Notes: generated by a model not told the origin, from the letters alone. 64,000 bases of DNA from Candidatus Iainarchaeum sp. (GCA_030649735.1 JAUSFL010000023.1:44617-108616), one strand, 5' to 3'. Positions 44,809 to 54,988 are shown, counted from the first letter of the stretch. Translations and numbers: made by a program.

Positions 44809-46449
44809 CTATTTTGCCTTGTGAATGACTGCTTTTGCGATTTCCTGGAATGCAGGCCTTGTTATTAGAACGCCCACTAGGACTCCAATGATTGTCGTGA
44901 ATGCAAACCCGACCAGCCTTGCCATTCCAGAGCTTGGCCCTACAACGAGCAGTGGGAGCATTACTGCAATCAATGTTGCTGCAGAAGCGATTACAATGAA
45001 GAATGCCCTTTTTGCCCTGTTGACAAGTGACATTCCAATTACTTCTTCTTCGCCCTTGCTTTTCTTCAGTTCGTCAGTTATTACTATTTGGTCGTCGACT
45101 CCATAACCGATTGCGGCAATTATTCCTGCAATTGCGGCCAAGTCTAAAGGCCAGCTGAAAAGCGCTGAAATTCCCAAAGTTAAGATTGCTTCAGCAAACA
45201 CTGTGAGCATCATTGGAATTACTAATGCAATTACCCTGTACCTGAAGAACAATACGCAGGCAACAGAGATTGCGGCAATGATTCCAATCAGTGCGACAGT
45301 CCAAAGGAAGCTTTTTCCCAATGCGGCAGTGACTGTCACTTTGCTTACATTGTCGACTGCGACTGGCAGGCTTCCAGACTCCAAAAGTATTGAAAGCGAC
45401 TGCAATTCAGCCCTTGCGTCAGCATTTGTTCCAGAAGAGCCCCTGATGAGCAGTGAAGAGTAGACTTTCGCGTTAGGGTCGTTTAATGAACTGACATCCA
45501 TGTTGGTTACGTCTTCAGAAAGCTTGATGACTTCCTTAAGCCCTGTCGCGAACCAAGTGAAAGGCAGGTCTGAAGGAGTGACTACTTCATTGACTGTAAA
45601 CCCAATCTCTTCAAGCTGTTTTTTTAGTGCGGCGTCATTTAATGAAGGAATGATAGCGAATTTTCTTTGCTGCACAAGCGACTGCAATTGCGCAATTTGC
45701 TCTTTGCTAAATCCATTTGAATCCAGTATAAAGTTTGGCATGTTTGCGTTAAGCAGGATTTCCTGGATTTTCAGTCCTGCAGGAATGTTCCTTGACTGAA
45801 TGCCTGCGGCAAGCTTGTCTGAGTCTTTGCTGTAAATGTCTTTTGGGATTATTAGCACTGAATCTGAAGGCCTGTCGAGGAAAAAGAATGTGTTGTCGCA
45901 TTCGTAAGTGACTTTTCCAGTCGCTGAATCAAAGCCTGTCCTGGTGCAGCGGTGGAATGTCATTTGGCTGAATTTTTGCGACGCCTGTTCTGTCAGAGTG
46001 AAAGGCAATGTCCAAGTGGAGAATTTGCCTGAAGGAGTCACTCCATAGCCTTTTGCAGGGTCTTTTGAAATGTCAACAAAGTCGTTTCCGCTGAATATTG
46101 TGTTTCCGTCAAGGACTGCCTCAAACTTTCCCTGCTTTAGCAGCACTGACTCCAGTTTTTCAACCTGCAAGGGGTCTGTTTCTGCCAATTGCGCAAAAAC
46201 GAATTCATTTCCCACAAATTGGACTGTGGAATCTTTTGTTCCTGAAAAATCCAGTCTTTGCTGGATGATGGAGCGGATTTGCTCTTTTTCCGCAGTGTCA
46301 GTGACTTTTTCAGCCAAGTGGATTTGGAAAAGCGTTCCGCCCCCAAAGTCAACTCCAAAAGTCGGGCCTTTTACAACTAAAATTCCAATGCACAATATTA
46401 CTGCAATGATTGCAAACAATACCTTGTTGTTTTTTAATAATTGATTCAT
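44809..46449 (-). CDS. secD: Protein translocase subunit SecD
   Basis: GVDFGGGT, IIQQRL, LESGSLPV, DLAAIAGIIAAIGYGVDDQIVITDE, GFAFTTIIGV..G.LITRP. Confidence 0.92.
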   Translation of the reverse strand: MNQLLKNNKVLFAIIAVILCIGILVVKGPTFGVDFGGGTLFQIHLAEKVTDTAEKEQIRSIIQQRLDFSGTKDSTVQFVGNEFVFAQLAETDPLQVEKLESVLLKQGKFEAVLDGNTIFSGNDFVDISKDPAKGYGVTPSGKFSTWTLPFTLTEQASQKFSQMTFHRCTRTGFDSATGKVTYECDNTFFFLDRPSDSVLIIPKDIYSKDSDKLAAGIQSRNIPAGLKIQEILLNANMPNFILDSNGFSKEQIAQLQSLVQQRKFAIIPSLNDAALKKQLEEIGFTVNEVVTPSDLPFTWFATGLKEVIKLSEDVTNMDVSSLNDPNAKVYSSLLIRGSSGTNADARAELQSLSILLESGSLPVAVDNVSKVTVTAALGKSFLWTVALIGIIAAISVACVLFFRYRVIALVIPMMLTVFAEAILTLGISALFSWPLDLAAIAGIIAAIGYGVDDQIVITDELKKSKGEEEVIGMSLVNRAKRAFFIVIASAATLIAVMLPLLVVGPSSGMARLVGFAFTTIIGVLVGVLITRPAFQEIAKAVIHKAK

Positions 46450-47513
46450 TGCGCCGCACCCTTGTGCTTTTTTTCAACATACCATAACAGCATCGGGGCA
46501 TTCATCAGCCAGGTTCCAATCAAGTCCGCAAGTAGTCCAAACACCAGCAGGAATGCTATTGTAAACATCACTTCAATTTGCGCGAAGTAAGAAAGAACAG
46601 CCATTACAATGACTGAAACCAGCGCTGTTGAAGTCATTGTGACTCCAGTGATTAAGGAATCCCATGCTCTTTCTTGGGCTGTTCCGTCCTTTCTTTTCAA
46701 AACCCTTGTTGTCAATAAAATGTCAGTGTCAATGCTGTATCCAATAACCAGCAGAATTGTCGGGATTGTTGCAAGGCCTAATGGAATGTGGAAGAAGGCC
46801 ATTGCCGCCAATGCGGCCAGCGCGTCAAACAATGCGGAGAAAACAATTGCCAATGTTGGAATGACTTCCCTGAAGAAAATGAAAACAACTATTATAATGA
46901 ATATTATTCCAAGCAATGCAACCCATAAGGCCCCTTGCCAGAACAATTGCCCTAAAATAGGGTTTATGTCTTCAGACTGCATTGCAACATTGCTTCCGAG
47001 ATTGAAGTTTTGGATGATTTTTTGCTTGATTGTTTCATTGAATGACTGGTTTGCCTTCAAGTAAGCGTCAGATGCCATGCTGAATAAAGCGTCTGCCTTG
47101 TCGCTTGGAGAGTAAGTTCCTGAAACAAAGGCCTTTGCGCTTTCCAAAACTTGCAGTGAGTATTGCTTTGACTCTTGCGGATTGTCCTTCAAAAGGCCTG
47201 CAGCCTTGTCCAAATTTGACTTTAATGCCGCAATGCTTTTGCTTTCAACAAACTGGATCCTAATCTTGTTCCCTAAAGGAGAGCTTACAGTGTTAACGCT
47301 CACATCAACCAAGTCGAATTCTTTGCTCAAAAAGTCAGTGACTTGCTCTTGGTCCACTGGCTTTGGCGCGTCAATTATCAAAAGGCTTCCGCCCTTCAAG
47401 TCAACGCCTTGGGTGACTCCAGGCCACACAAGGACAAATCCCAAAAACACAAACAATAGAACAAGAGGCACTGCCAAGTATAGCTTGTAGTTTTTCTCAT
47501 AGAACCCTGTCAA
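46446..47513 (-). CDS. secF: Protein translocase subunit SecF
   Basis: GVDLKGG, IGYSIDTDILLTTRVLK, TG.TMT.T, GLLADL..TWLMNA. Confidence 0.92.
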   Translation of the reverse strand: MTGFYEKNYKLYLAVPLVLLFVFLGFVLVWPGVTQGVDLKGGSLLIIDAPKPVDQEQVTDFLSKEFDLVDVSVNTVSSPLGNKIRIQFVESKSIAALKSNLDKAAGLLKDNPQESKQYSLQVLESAKAFVSGTYSPSDKADALFSMASDAYLKANQSFNETIKQKIIQNFNLGSNVAMQSEDINPILGQLFWQGALWVALLGIIFIIIVVFIFFREVIPTLAIVFSALFDALAALAAMAFFHIPLGLATIPTILLVIGYSIDTDILLTTRVLKRKDGTAQERAWDSLITGVTMTSTALVSVIVMAVLSYFAQIEVMFTIAFLLVFGLLADLIGTWLMNAPMLLWYVEKKHKGAAQ

Positions 47514-47656
47514 GAATAAAGCACCCCAAAGCGAACAATTACATTAATAAGCAAAGAAAAACATTAAAAACATATCAAATTCTGGAGATTTGGCAGAATT
47601 TGATAATTTTCAAAAGCCTGGCTTTTGAAAACATACGGGAAAGCGAAGGCGTTTGG

Positions 47657-48046
47657 ATGAAGGAAGAGATTTTTGCTTTAATTCATGAAGGCTTGGACAG
47701 TAGGGATTTTGAAACAAGGCGCACTGCAAAAACTTTCGCCAATTCTCTTAAGAGAACAACCCGCATAATGCAGTTTGAGAAGCAAAAGCACGTCAGGGAT
47801 GACGGAAAGCTTTACTTGCAGCAGTTGGTTTTCATGACAAAATACCTTTTGCAAAACCCTGGATTGCCAATTGAGGAAAAAATGAGGACAATCCAGCCAA
47901 AACTCAATGAGCTGGAACAGCATCAAATCCACCAGATTTTCCTGCTGCAGCACTTGAAGAAAGCCCGCAAGGCCGAGGCTTCAAGGAAAAGAAAATTAAA
48001 GCATGCGAAAAAGAAAAAAGGCAAAAAGAAAGCCGTAAAGCATTAA
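47657..48046 (+). CDS. Hypothetical protein with very basic C-terminal tail
   Basis: 130 aa; ends KKARKAEASRKRKLKHAKKKKGKKKAVKH. Confidence 0.55.
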   Translation: MKEEIFALIHEGLDSRDFETRRTAKTFANSLKRTTRIMQFEKQKHVRDDGKLYLQQLVFMTKYLLQNPGLPIEEKMRTIQPKLNELEQHQIHQIFLLQHLKKARKAEASRKRKLKHAKKKKGKKKAVKH

Positions 48047-48071
48047 ATCAAGCTCTTTTCACTAATTTCTC

Positions 48072-49097
48072 ATGAAGCTTTATTTCATTGACTCTAAGCA
48101 ATTGCTTGACTCTGCCTTTCGCGATGCAAGAAAAAAAGTCAAGTCAATGAGCACTAAGGGACTGGATGACAAGTTCAGGCAAATCAGGACTGAAGAGTCA
48201 ATGATGTTGACTGCAGTTGCTGATTACATTATTGAAAAGCTTTCAAGCACTGCGCAAAGCTTTCCTGACTTCAGCGAATCCAATCCATTCTATCTGGAGC
48301 TTGTTGAATCAACAATTGACCTTACTGCATTAAAGAAAGCGATTTCTCACTTGACTGAGAGCTCTCGCATTGTGAAAAAGCTAAAGTTTGAGGCATTGAA
48401 AAAGCTTCACGGAGTCAAAAGAATCCAAAAGTGGGATTCAATGAGCCTGGAGCGGAAAAAATTTTACGGCAGGGCTGCTGGAGTTTTGCGCAAGGCAGAC
48501 TCTTCAATCACTGTTTTGAAAAAGTCATTGAGCAAGCTTAGAGAACTGCCGCACATTGACGAGAACTCTTTCAACGTGGTTTTTGCCGGCTTTCCGAATT
48601 CAGGCAAAAGCACAATGCTTGAAAGAATGACTGGCTCAAAGCCTGAAATCGCGCATTATGCTTTCACTACCAAAAGCATTCAGCAAGGCTTTATTGTGGA
48701 AGATTTTGTTAAAGTCCAGGTTTTTGACACTCCGGGCCTTTTGGACAGGATGCCTTCTGAAAGAAACCCGATTGAAAGAAAAGCGGCTTCCGCCTTGAGG
48801 CATTTGGCAGAATTCATTGTTTTCATTGCTGATGTCTCGAAAAACTCCGGCTATTCTGCAAAAGAGCAATTCAGCCTTTTTGAAAAGCTCAAGGCAGAGT
48901 TTCCAAAAAACGAGTTTGTGGCTGTTTTGAACAAGTGCGATATTGCGAATGAAAGCTTAAGGCAGGAAATGCATGCCGGATTTGAAAAATCGGGAATTCC
49001 TGTCTTTGAAGAAGGCGAAGGCCTTGAAATTCTGGAATTAAGGAATGAAATAGTTAAAAAAGCGCGTGTTTTCTTCAAGAAAAAGTTCTCGGAGTGA
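48072..49097 (+). CDS. NOG1-family GTPase
   Basis: NPFY.EL helical N-domain, GFPNSGKST, YAFTTK, DTPGLLDR...RNPIE, NKCD. Confidence 0.9.
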   Translation: MKLYFIDSKQLLDSAFRDARKKVKSMSTKGLDDKFRQIRTEESMMLTAVADYIIEKLSSTAQSFPDFSESNPFYLELVESTIDLTALKKAISHLTESSRIVKKLKFEALKKLHGVKRIQKWDSMSLERKKFYGRAAGVLRKADSSITVLKKSLSKLRELPHIDENSFNVVFAGFPNSGKSTMLERMTGSKPEIAHYAFTTKSIQQGFIVEDFVKVQVFDTPGLLDRMPSERNPIERKAASALRHLAEFIVFIADVSKNSGYSAKEQFSLFEKLKAEFPKNEFVAVLNKCDIANESLRQEMHAGFEKSGIPVFEEGEGLEILELRNEIVKKARVFFKKKFSE

Positions 49098-49182
49098 AAA
49101 AAATCTTTTTTTAAAGATTCCTTCACCAAAGTGCTTCCAGTAGGCAGGGTTTTCTAATTCTGAATGCAGGGGTGTTTGGCAA

Positions 49183-49476
49183 ATGATTGCAGACAGCAAA
49201 ACTAAAGCAAAAGTCGATGTTTCCCAGGAATTGACGGCAGTTTCCGAGCTGATGGAAGCCGTGCTTTCAGACACTTCAGTGCCAAGGAACATTCGCGCAG
49301 TGGTTGACGAGGCCTTGAAGAAAATAAGCTCTTTAGAGGAAAAGGCAGTCGCGGTAAGCACTGCAATCTACCAGTTGGATGACATCAGCAATGACATTAA
49401 CATGCCTTCGCACACTCGCACTGAAATTTGGGGAATTATTTCAGAGCTGGAGTCAATTAAGGAAAAATTGAAGTGA
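49183..49476 (+). CDS. UPF0147 family protein
   Basis: D.SVPRNIR...A.......AI..LDDISND.NMPSHTRT.IW.I.SELES. Confidence 0.92.
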   Translation: MIADSKTKAKVDVSQELTAVSELMEAVLSDTSVPRNIRAVVDEALKKISSLEEKAVAVSTAIYQLDDISNDINMPSHTRTEIWGIISELESIKEKLK

Positions 49477-49485
49477 TTGGTTTTA

Positions 49486-51006
49486 ATGATTGGCGAAAAT
49501 CAAGTAAGCCCAAAGCAGGTTTTGGATTTTGCCACTTTAAAGAACGCGTTCATTGACTTGAAGGCAATAAACCTTCTAATTCAAAGGGACAATTTTGAAG
49601 AATTGATTGAAGAGTCCTTGAAGGAAAACCCTGAAGAATTCATTACTGAAGACCGCATTAAAGACTTGATAATCCGCAAGGAAACAAAGCTTTCCGGAGT
49701 TTCTCAAGAAGTGATTGTTGAAAAGTCGGGCAAGAGGCTTTTTCGCGACGAGTATTCCTCAAAATTCAGGATTTTGGACGAATGCGACGTTACTGGAAAA
49801 AGCTATAGTGAAGGAAAAGTCGGGGACTTTCTTTCCTACTTTAGGGACAAATTCAATTTTTTAGAGCCTTTATTGCACAAGAGGCAGGGCTTTGAGCCAA
49901 AGCCTTTAAGCCGCTTGGACCGCACTGCAAAAAACAAGGAAGTTCACTTCATTGCAATGGTTAGAGAAAAGCAAAAGTCGCGTTCCGGCCATTTGATTTT
50001 CAAGCTGGAAGATTTGGAGGCAGAATGCACTGGCCTGGCATTAAAGGACGACAATAAAATAATGGACATTTGCAGAAACATAATGCCTGACGAGGTTTTG
50101 GGATTTCGGGCAGTGAAAGGCAATGACGATTTGGTAATCATTAAGGATGTTTTATGGCCTGACATGCCTAACAGGAAGTTGAAGACAATCAATGAGCAAT
50201 TGAGCATTGCGTGCATTTCAGACATTCACATTGGCAGCAAAATGTTCTTGGAGAAAGAATTCTCGAAATTCATTTCCTGGATTGACGGAGACTATGGCGA
50301 CGAGAAAGAATTGGAGAAAGTCTCGCGCATTAAGTACTTGCTTATTGCAGGCGACTTATGCGATGGCATTGGAGTTTATCCTGACCAAATCAATGAATTG
50401 AACATCAAGGACATTAATGAACAGTACGAGGTTTTCGCTTCCTTCATGAAGAGAATTCCTGAAAGCATTGAAGTTTTCATAATTCCAGGAAACCACGACT
50501 GCGTTGTTCGAAGGGCAGACCCGCAGCCTGCAATTCCAAAAGAATTCTGCAAGGAACTGCATGCATTGGGAAATTTTCATTTCATGGGCAGCCCAAGCAT
50601 GGCTGAAATTGAAGGCTTCAAAACCTTGCTTTACCATGGAAACTCAATGCATCAAGTCAACGCTAATGTTTCAGGAATGGACTTTAAAAGGCCTGAAAAA
50701 ACAATGGAAGAGCTTTTGAAGCGCAGAACTTTGGTTCCGACTTACGGAATGCGCCACACTCTAGTCCCTGAAAGAAAAGACTACTTGCTGATTCGTGAAG
50801 AGCCGGACATTTTCTTGACTGGAGACATGCACCACAAGGGCTACAGCAATTACAAGGGAGTTCTTTGCTTGAATGCAGGCACTTGGCAGACAGTCACGAA
50901 ATTCCAGCAAGAATTAGGCCATGTTCCGACTCCGGGAATTTGCCCGACAATTGACTTGAGCAATGGCAAAATCACGGAAAACTGCTTTTACCAGCCAACT
51001 TGCTGA
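49486..51006 (+). CDS. polB: DNA polymerase D small subunit DP1
   Basis: OB fold plus phosphoesterase motifs SDIHIGS, AGDLCDGIGVYP.Q, PGNHD, YHG, GDMH. Confidence 0.93.
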   Translation: MIGENQVSPKQVLDFATLKNAFIDLKAINLLIQRDNFEELIEESLKENPEEFITEDRIKDLIIRKETKLSGVSQEVIVEKSGKRLFRDEYSSKFRILDECDVTGKSYSEGKVGDFLSYFRDKFNFLEPLLHKRQGFEPKPLSRLDRTAKNKEVHFIAMVREKQKSRSGHLIFKLEDLEAECTGLALKDDNKIMDICRNIMPDEVLGFRAVKGNDDLVIIKDVLWPDMPNRKLKTINEQLSIACISDIHIGSKMFLEKEFSKFISWIDGDYGDEKELEKVSRIKYLLIAGDLCDGIGVYPDQINELNIKDINEQYEVFASFMKRIPESIEVFIIPGNHDCVVRRADPQPAIPKEFCKELHALGNFHFMGSPSMAEIEGFKTLLYHGNSMHQVNANVSGMDFKRPEKTMEELLKRRTLVPTYGMRHTLVPERKDYLLIREEPDIFLTGDMHHKGYSNYKGVLCLNAGTWQTVTKFQQELGHVPTPGICPTIDLSNGKITENCFYQPTC

Positions 51007-51064
51007 AATTATTTACTTCCAGCAATGATTCTAGCCATTGATTAAAACCATGGCCTAATCTTTT

Positions 51065-51451
51065 TTAATGTTTTTTTCTTCTCGCCATTGCTCTTAGCAT
51101 TTGAATCTCGGCTTTTCTTTCTTCAGAAAGCTGCCTTGAAATTCTCGCAGAATTTTTCAATGTTTTGGCTTGTTCCTTAATTCTTCTTGCCTTTTTTGGA
51201 AAATGCTCTGCAACAAAAGCCTTTCCAAAAGCGCTCAAATAATCGCCCTTTTCAACGAATTGCCCGATTTCTCCCTTGGCTTTTTTGGCTTCTGCCTTCA
51301 AAGCTTTTGCTTTTTCAAAGCCCAATTTTGCGTCTTGCAATTCCCTCTTGGAAGCCTTTGAAAGAAAGTCCTTTCTTTTGCGTGCGCGCCTGATTTGAAA
51401 AGCAAGCAAGTTTCTTCCAATTCTCTCGCGCAAAGGACGTTTTAAAGGCAT
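51065..51451 (-). CDS. Orphan basic protein between DP1 and DP2
   Basis: MPLKRPLRER...AMARRKKH; TTTAAAA about 25 nt upstream on the minus strand. Confidence 0.65.
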   Translation of the reverse strand: MPLKRPLRERIGRNLLAFQIRRARKRKDFLSKASKRELQDAKLGFEKAKALKAEAKKAKGEIGQFVEKGDYLSAFGKAFVAEHFPKKARRIKEQAKTLKNSARISRQLSEERKAEIQMLRAMARRKKH

Positions 51452-51544
51452 GACTTAAAAGAGCGCGATTTTGTTTTAAACACTTTTCTTCCAAAAATTA
51501 TCGTTCAAAAGGCCTTAAAGCCTGTTTTAGCGAGTTGGTTTGTA

Positions 51545-54500
51545 GTGCAGCATCAGCAAGAGTTAAAGATTATTGCAATCCCTGAAGTCAAAAACTATTT
51601 TTCAAAAATAAACTCTGTTGTTTTAGAGCAGTTTGAGCTTGCAAAGCTTGCAAAGGCAAAAGGATTTGATATTTCCGCAATTCCTGAAACAAGGCCTGCA
51701 TTGGACCTTGCAGACCGCACTGAAGCAATCATCGGGCCTAAAGGCGTTGCGCAAAGATACAGGCAGTTGTTTGTCGAGTGCGGGAAAGACAGGACCAAGG
51801 CAATCTTCAAGCTGTTCAAGGAAATCCTCATGCAGGAAGGCGAATGGTATCAAGAGCCAGACAGGGAAAAAAGATTGGAGCAGGCAATGCGGACTGCCCT
51901 AGTAATTGTCACTGAAGGAGTTGTTGTCGCCCCATTGGATGGACTGCCTGCAATAAAAATTTCAAAAAATTCTGACAGCACTGAATTTGTTGACTTGTAT
52001 TATGCAGGCCCGATAAGGGCTGCAGGCGGAACAGCGACTGTGTTTCCATTGATTTTGGGAGACTATGCCCAAAGGCTTTTTGGCCTTGACCGTTACAAGC
52101 CGACTGAAAGCGAGATTGAAAGATATGCCGAAGAGTCCGACATTTACCAGAATGAAATCGTGAGCAGGCAGATTAAAGTAAGCACTGAGCTCACGAAAAA
52201 AATTGTTAAAGGCTGTCCAGTCTGCATTAACGGCGATCCTACTGAAGAGCGGGAAGTTTCAGTGCATCGTGACATTCCCCGCATTCCAACAAACAGGATT
52301 CGCGGCGGGGCAATGCTTGTCATTACTGAAGGAGTCGCGTTAAAGGCAAAAAAAATCCTCACTTACGCAAAAATGCTTGACTTGGACTGGGGATGGCTTA
52401 TGGACTTGCAAAAGTCTGACGTGAAAAAAGCAGACGGAAAAGAAGCTTCATTATCTCCGGACTGGAAGTTTTTGGACAGGATTGCTGCAGGAAGGCCGAT
52501 TTTTTCCTATCCCTTGCGGCCAGGCGGATTTCGGCTGCGTTACGGCAGGGGAAGAAACACTGGAATAATGGCAAAGGCAGTGCATCCTGCCTCAATGCAC
52601 TTGCTGGAAGGCTTTATTGCTGTTGGAACCCAGTTGAAGGTTGAAAGGCCGGGAAAAAGCGCAGGAATGTTTCCCTGCGATTCCATAGAAGGCCCGATTG
52701 TATTGTTGAACAATGACTCAGTGGTCAAGGTAAGCAATTTAGAAGATGCTGAAAGAATAAAGCCAATGGTGAAAGAATTCCTTTTCTTGGGGGACATGCT
52801 TGTAAGCTTTGGGGATTTCAAAAAAACAGCGCATCCTTTAGTGCCTGTCGGCTATTGCGAGGAATGGTGGAAGCTGGAATTGCAAAAGGCGTTGAATGAG
52901 GGAAAAAAACTGGATGGATTGAGTGCTGAAAAGTTTTTGCAAAACCCAAAGGAAATTTCGCCATTTGAGGCTGTTGAAATTTCACTGCAGCTAGGAATTC
53001 CATTGCACCCTGAATTTTCGCATTACTTTGAGCTTTTGAATTTTGAAGAACTGCAAGAGCTGGTGAAAGAGGCCCGTAGTGCCGAAAAAGTCTTTGAAAA
53101 AGACAGCATTGCGCAGGCAAAGTTTTCCTTAAAGCAAGGCGTGAAAAAATCTTTTGAAAAAATCGGCCTGCCGCACAAAGTTTCCGGCGAGGAAATAATT
53201 GTTGAAAAAGAATACGCTTACCCCTTGCTGAAGGTTTTTGGGGCATTGAATGCAAGCGACCAAGGCCTGCTTTTGGATAAGGGCAAAAAAATTCTTGAAA
53301 ACCTTTCAATAATTTCAGGGCTTGCGCTTCGCGAGAAAGGGGGAACTTTCATTGGCTCAAGGATGGGAAGGCCAGAGCAGGCAAAGCCAAGGAAAATGAC
53401 TGGAAACCCGCATTCATTATTCCCGATTGGATTGTTTGGCGGAAGCACTCGTTCGCTCAACAAAGCAATGCAGGCTGGCGACAAAAAGCTTGAGATCGAG
53501 CTTGCGTTATTCAAGTGCCCAAGCTGTGCCAAAACAACAATCCATAATTACTGCCCGGAATGCAATTGCCGGACTGAATTATTAAGGCATTGCAAGCAAT
53601 GCGGCAGGACAATGTTTGACGCAAAATGCCCGCAGTGCCGCCTTCCAACAACTGCCGCAACCAAAACAAGGGTTGACGTGAATGACGAAGTCAGGAAGGC
53701 AATGAAAAGCCTGCAAATCCAACTGCCTGAAACAGTCAAGGGCGTGAAGGGCTTGTTCAGTTCGGACAAAATTGCAGAGCCTTTGGAAAAAGGCCTGCTT
53801 CGCGCAAAGTATGACTTGCACATTTTTCGTGATGGAACAATCCGTTATGAAATGATTAATGCGCCAATCTCCCACTTCACTCCCAAAGAAATTGGCCTTT
53901 CTGTTGAAAAAGCCAGAGAGCTTGGCTATGAAAAGGACTGGAAAGGAAACCCGCTGGTTTCTGAAGGCCAGATTGTGGAGCTTTTCGTGCAGGACGTAAT
54001 AATCAATGAGAACGCCGGGGACTTTTTCATTACAGTCACTAAATTCATTGACGACTTATTGGAAAAATTTTACAAGCTTCCGCGCCATTACAACAAAACC
54101 AGCAGGCAGGAATTGATTGGAGAGCTGGTTCTTGGGCTTGCTCCCCACACTAGCGCGGCAATTGTTGGAAGAGTGCTTGGTTTTACAAAAGCAAGGGTTT
54201 GCTTTGCGCATCCGTTCTTTCACTTGTGCAAGCGCCGCAATGTTGACGGAGACCAGGACTCAGTGCTTTTGCTTATGGATGCGCTGCTTAATTTTTCAGA
54301 ATTGTTTCTTTCAAGCTCTCGAGGAGGTAGGATGGACGCGCCCTTGGTTTTCACGGTTGCATTGGATCCTGGGGAAATTGACGATGAAGCCTATGAAATG
54401 GAAACCTGCACTGAATATCCTTTAGAGCTGTATGAAAAAAGCGCTTCAATGGCTTCTGCAGCAAGCATTCCAATACCCACAGTATTGCAAAAGCTTGGAA

Positions 54501-54988
54501 CTGAAGGACAGTACAATGGGCTGAATTTCACCCATGGAACAATGGCTTTTGACGCCGGCCCAAAAACAACAAAGTACGTTGAATTGCAAAGCATGGAAGA
54601 CAAAATGAAAGTCCAGGCCCGCTTGCAGCAGAAAATCCGCGCAATCGACAAGAAGGATGCTCTTGAAAGAGTCATTGTTTCGCACTTCATTCCGGACATT
54701 ATTGGAAACACGCGCGCTTTTTCACGACAGAATTTTCGCTGCACAAAATGCAACAGCAAGTACCGCCGGATTCCATTGGTTGGAAAATGCACTAAGTGCG
54801 GAGGCCCGCTAATTTTGACAATCGCGCAAGGCAGTGTCAGAAAATACGTCGAAATCGCAAAAAACTTAGTCAGGGATTTCGAGCTTTCAGACTACTTGCG
54901 CCAGCGTTTAGAACTTGCCGAGCAAGAAATCAATTCAGTCTTCCAAAACGACAAGAAAGAGCAAAAGTCATTGTTTGAGTATGTTTGA
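51545..54988 (+). CDS. polC: DNA polymerase D large subunit DP2 (no intein)
   Basis: TEGVVVAP, YAGPIRAAGGT, GGFRLRYGR, GTQLKVERPGK, RMGRPE, RRNVDGDQD, GGRMDAPLV, C-terminal zinc fingers and PIP-like QKSLFEY. Confidence 0.97.
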   Translation: MQHQQELKIIAIPEVKNYFSKINSVVLEQFELAKLAKAKGFDISAIPETRPALDLADRTEAIIGPKGVAQRYRQLFVECGKDRTKAIFKLFKEILMQEGEWYQEPDREKRLEQAMRTALVIVTEGVVVAPLDGLPAIKISKNSDSTEFVDLYYAGPIRAAGGTATVFPLILGDYAQRLFGLDRYKPTESEIERYAEESDIYQNEIVSRQIKVSTELTKKIVKGCPVCINGDPTEEREVSVHRDIPRIPTNRIRGGAMLVITEGVALKAKKILTYAKMLDLDWGWLMDLQKSDVKKADGKEASLSPDWKFLDRIAAGRPIFSYPLRPGGFRLRYGRGRNTGIMAKAVHPASMHLLEGFIAVGTQLKVERPGKSAGMFPCDSIEGPIVLLNNDSVVKVSNLEDAERIKPMVKEFLFLGDMLVSFGDFKKTAHPLVPVGYCEEWWKLELQKALNEGKKLDGLSAEKFLQNPKEISPFEAVEISLQLGIPLHPEFSHYFELLNFEELQELVKEARSAEKVFEKDSIAQAKFSLKQGVKKSFEKIGLPHKVSGEEIIVEKEYAYPLLKVFGALNASDQGLLLDKGKKILENLSIISGLALREKGGTFIGSRMGRPEQAKPRKMTGNPHSLFPIGLFGGSTRSLNKAMQAGDKKLEIELALFKCPSCAKTTIHNYCPECNCRTELLRHCKQCGRTMFDAKCPQCRLPTTAATKTRVDVNDEVRKAMKSLQIQLPETVKGVKGLFSSDKIAEPLEKGLLRAKYDLHIFRDGTIRYEMINAPISHFTPKEIGLSVEKARELGYEKDWKGNPLVSEGQIVELFVQDVIINENAGDFFITVTKFIDDLLEKFYKLPRHYNKTSRQELIGELVLGLAPHTSAAIVGRVLGFTKARVCFAHPFFHLCKRRNVDGDQDSVLLLMDALLNFSELFLSSSRGGRMDAPLVFTVALDPGEIDDEAYEMETCTEYPLELYEKSASMASAASIPIPTVLQKLGTEGQYNGLNFTHGTMAFDAGPKTTKYVELQSMEDKMKVQARLQQKIRAIDKKDALERVIVSHFIPDIIGNTRAFSRQNFRCTKCNSKYRRIPLVGKCTKCGGPLILTIAQGSVRKYVEIAKNLVRDFELSDYLRQRLELAEQEINSVFQNDKKEQKSLFEYV

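Noticed and set aside
49135-49150. ORB-like TTCCAGTAGG upstream of UPF0147/DP1
   Set aside because: Single partial match with no second copy or unwinding element.
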